Assembly: GCA_017499595.2 (NCBI GenBank)
Contig: CM039008.1
Span: forward strand, 2,294,001 to 2,358,000
Reading direction: 5' to 3'
Source: Psilocybe cubensis
Lineage: Eukaryota
DNA length: 64,000 bases
Within the stretch, counting starts at the first letter, position 1. Each line of letters begins with the position of its first letter. The notes beneath the pieces are model-generated. The model made no database searches, had not been told where the DNA came from, and saw nothing but the letters and a program-made list of their open reading frames with translations. The position numbers and the translations under genes were made by a program. Positions 60,901-64,000 of the stretch are shown one piece after another.

Positions 60901-63335
60901 TTGATTGGAGCTCGTTACCGCGCGGAAGTGTTGTGGTGGATGTAGGAGGCGGCATCGGGTCCACTAGTATGTTACTCGCGACTGCGTTTTCTTCTTACTC
61001 CACCACCACCACCTCTTCGTCGTCGGATCATGCTGCACAACAGACGTCTGGGCAGGTGCAGGTGGCAGAAGACGAGCCGGAAGGTCCAATGCTTAGGTTT
61101 GTCATCCAGGACCGGCCTGTGGTGTGTGAGATGGGCGAAAAGGTGGGTTTGCGTGATGGTCTGTGGGTGTATCTGGGTGTTGACTTTGTTTCTAAGGCAT
61201 GGAAAGCAAAATGTCCTGAACTCCTCAAGTCCACCGCTCGATTTCAAGGTCAGTTCCATTGCACTCTTTCTAATCTTTCTGTCCATCCTCACTAACCCAC
61301 CGATTTTTACCCCTATCTTACCCCTATCTCTAAATTATATACAGTACACGATTTCTTTACACCGCAACCGATCACGAACGCCGCTGTATTCCTCCTACGC
61401 GTTGTACTGCATGACTGGCCGGATGTGTTTGCGCGCAAGATTTTGTTGCGGTTGCGCGAGGCTGCGCGGGCGGAGACCAAGTTGGTTATTGCGGATTTTG
61501 TGCTGCCGCTGGCGTGTGAGGAGGAGTTGGGTGTTTGTTCTGATGCTGGTGTCGGTGCAGAGGGCTTTGGGGCAGAAAAGGGAGAAGGAGGAGGAGGAGG
61601 AGAAGCAAAGGGGTTGTTGGATGGGATTGAGGGTGCGCGTACGGAGCCTGCGCCTAGACCGCTGCTTGCGAATCTGGGCAAGGCGAGTGCGAATGTGTAT
61701 TGGATGGATTTGACGGTTCGTCTCGGATATGTTTTAAACTCTTCTTTTGAATTTCATGGTGTGATTGTTTGTGTTTTTTAGATGCAGGTCATGTTCAACT
61801 CGCAGGAACGGACGTTGCGCGAGCTTGCGTTGCTTGCGTTGTCGGCGGGATGGAAGATTGTGAAGGTGACGCGGACGTCGGGGTCGTTGTTTGGGTATCT
61901 GGTCGCTGTGCCGGTCGACATTCCCGCTCAATACCAAGACATCGATATCGAGGAGAAGACACACGTTCCTGTCAAGCGCGAGGTTGAAGATGATTACGAG
62001 AGACGGAGATATAGAGATAAGGAGGATATGGAGATGATCGAGCGTGCGTCGTCGCGCTGCGGTACACCTACATTTGGCTCCAACACCCGTCTCTCGTCTG
62101 TTGAAGAAGCGCTCGCGCGCCTGGGAGGAGGGATCATGCGTGCGAAGACCATGGGCAACTCTGCAAGACAGCTCCCCACAATCACACCGCTCAAGCCAGC
62201 TCTGTCACTCTCGACGACGGTGGGTGCGAAGGCAAAGGTGAAGAAGAAGCCGTCGCCGCTCTCTGTCCCGCTGCTACGCTCTGGGTCGTCGCCGTCGCCG
62301 TCGCCTGTAGCTTCTCCGCCGCCGTCTTCTAGGAATGTTGGGTTCAAGTCGACGCTGGGGTTACCTGGCTCGTCGCAGGCTGCGAATATGCAGACGACTC
62401 CCCCGTCAAGACATACACATTCACACTCGCAGTCGCATCTCTTGCAGCTTCCGCCTCGTTCGCCCGGTGCGAGGGTGATTCCGAGGAGGATGTCGCTGGC
62501 GTGTCTGAAGGTCCAGAGCTCGTCGCAGACGCAGACTACCACCAACCCTGTGCAGACATTGCTCGCTTCTCCGCAGAGACAGCTGCTTCCTTCGCCCCTG
62601 TCGCCGTCGTATACACATTCTTCTCAGGCCGAGGCAAACGCGCAGACGATTACGTCTCCTAAAGCCCAAGGAGGCCCGGCCAAGATGAAAAGGAGGGCGT
62701 CGTACGCGCATCTCTCGCATACACATACGAGCTCAGTGTCGCCTGGTTTCTTTCCCCCGACGAGTATGATACCTGTCAGGGTGCAAGGTGAACTGCACTC
62801 CCAGCCGCCTGTGTCGCCTGGGACTGGAACGAGCACCGGTATCAGTGCGAGGTACATGACACCATCAGCAGCATCGACTTTGGCTTCGACGTCGTCGGCC
62901 TCCTCCTCTGCGTCAGCGTCGACGGCGTCGTCTATAGCTGGCTCACCGCTTCCTTTTGCAAACCCTCCTTCACATTCTCATACACCGCTTCCTCGTGGAT
63001 CGAAGACACTGGGCCCTGCGCGGAGAGCGTCGAATGCGCATTTGACATCGATGTTCGCTGCGTCTGCGCTTAGCCCTGGGGGAGGAGTGGGTAGGGCAGG
63101 AGGGGCGACGTATCGTAAACGCTCTGGGACGGTCGTTGTTGGCCCGTCTATTAGCTTGCGGCCCGGTGATGCTGTTGTTTTGCGGTCTGCTGGTGATGGT
63201 GAAGCTGATGTAAGGGATGTCGATGAGACGGAAGACGAGAGGAGCGCGAGAGAGTGTGGAAATTTACGTGGCGGAACTGCCTCGAGTACGATTTCGATTC
63301 GGGATATGGATGCATCGCTACACTCGACTCCATAA
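57945..63335 (+). CDS. SAM-dependent O-methyltransferase (Methyltransf_2-like) with long low-complexity insertions and C-terminal extension, about 10 exons
   Basis: Winged-helix part (GMHVDDIS...LRLLATHHILREISPDVFALNRISS), SAM motif VVDVGGGIG, then IQDRP, HDFFTPQP, VLHDWPD and NSQERT. Confidence 0.88.
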
Positions 63336-64000
63336 CCCCTTTGGTGAAAAACGGTGCATGTTTCCTCTCTCGGTTTCTTCTTTATTACTATCCGCGATTT
63401 ATCTCAAAGGCATATTTGAATGCGTGTGTTTCGGGTATGGACTTTACTTCATGCTTTCTCTTTTCGTTCCGCCTCTCTTTTTTTAACTAGGGTTATGGAT
63501 TTGTGGTAACATTATGAAGCCAAACAATGGACTTTTTTTTCTACTTCTGTTTGTTTGCTCGCATTTTTAACACCCGCCTGCCGTCCCTCAAACCCATGCA
63601 TTCCTGCAAGACCCATCAAGCTCAATCTCCGGAGCGGATACGAGTGCGCAACATCCACTTCATCATTGCTTTGCTCACTCTTTGCTCAAACAGTCTTGCA
63701 AGACTCAGCATCGGTTTTTCACTCGTCCTCTCACCCTTCTGCTCCAGGCAGTCATCCCATCCTGGCTCCTCGATACCCGCCTTTATTGCCTTAAACTGAC
63801 CGCTATCCAATCTGCCCACCTCACTTACTCACTCCGCCGGCAGCGCACAAGTCAAAAAGGATCAATAATGACTCCCTCTCCTGTCCCTCAAGATGGCCTC
63901 TCACTTTCTGCACTCGTTCTCTGCCGATGCACTCACCGCCTCCGATCAATTCATCTCTCGAATCGGCCAAAACTTCAAAACAAAGCAAAACGACAGTAAA

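Noticed and set aside
57945-64000. Secondary-metabolite gene cluster around the OMT
   Set aside because: No PKS, NRPS, terpene synthase, P450 or transporter gene was seen in the window.

Overview
This is eukaryotic, intron-rich DNA from a mushroom-forming basidiomycete (inferred from the gene families and short introns). The centre of the window is one large, precisely bounded DNA transposon (20812-47965) with 318-bp terminal inverted repeats (TIRs) and a TCTCTTC target-site duplication (TSD). It encodes a CxC2+KDZ (Kyakuja-type) transposase, an intact TET/JBP dioxygenase, a divergent HMG/homeodomain-like protein, a Zn2Cys6-like coiled-coil protein, a 12-aa proline-repeat protein and one unknown gene. 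A young 11.5-kb Ty3/Gypsy retrotransposon (1630-bp LTRs, 31446-42929) is nested inside it and splits the HMG-like gene. The host locus is a decaying segmental array of a permuted-papain-like (His...NC) gene family with independently expanded coiled-coil tails: 2 intact copies, 1 MITE-disrupted copy and 2 relics. Also present are three MITEs, a LINE stub, a FunK1-like kinase remnant, an F-box/LRR-like gene, a 7TM-like gene, and a very long O-methyltransferase gene plus a relic of it. All boundaries, exons and alignments were read by eye. No database searches were run.
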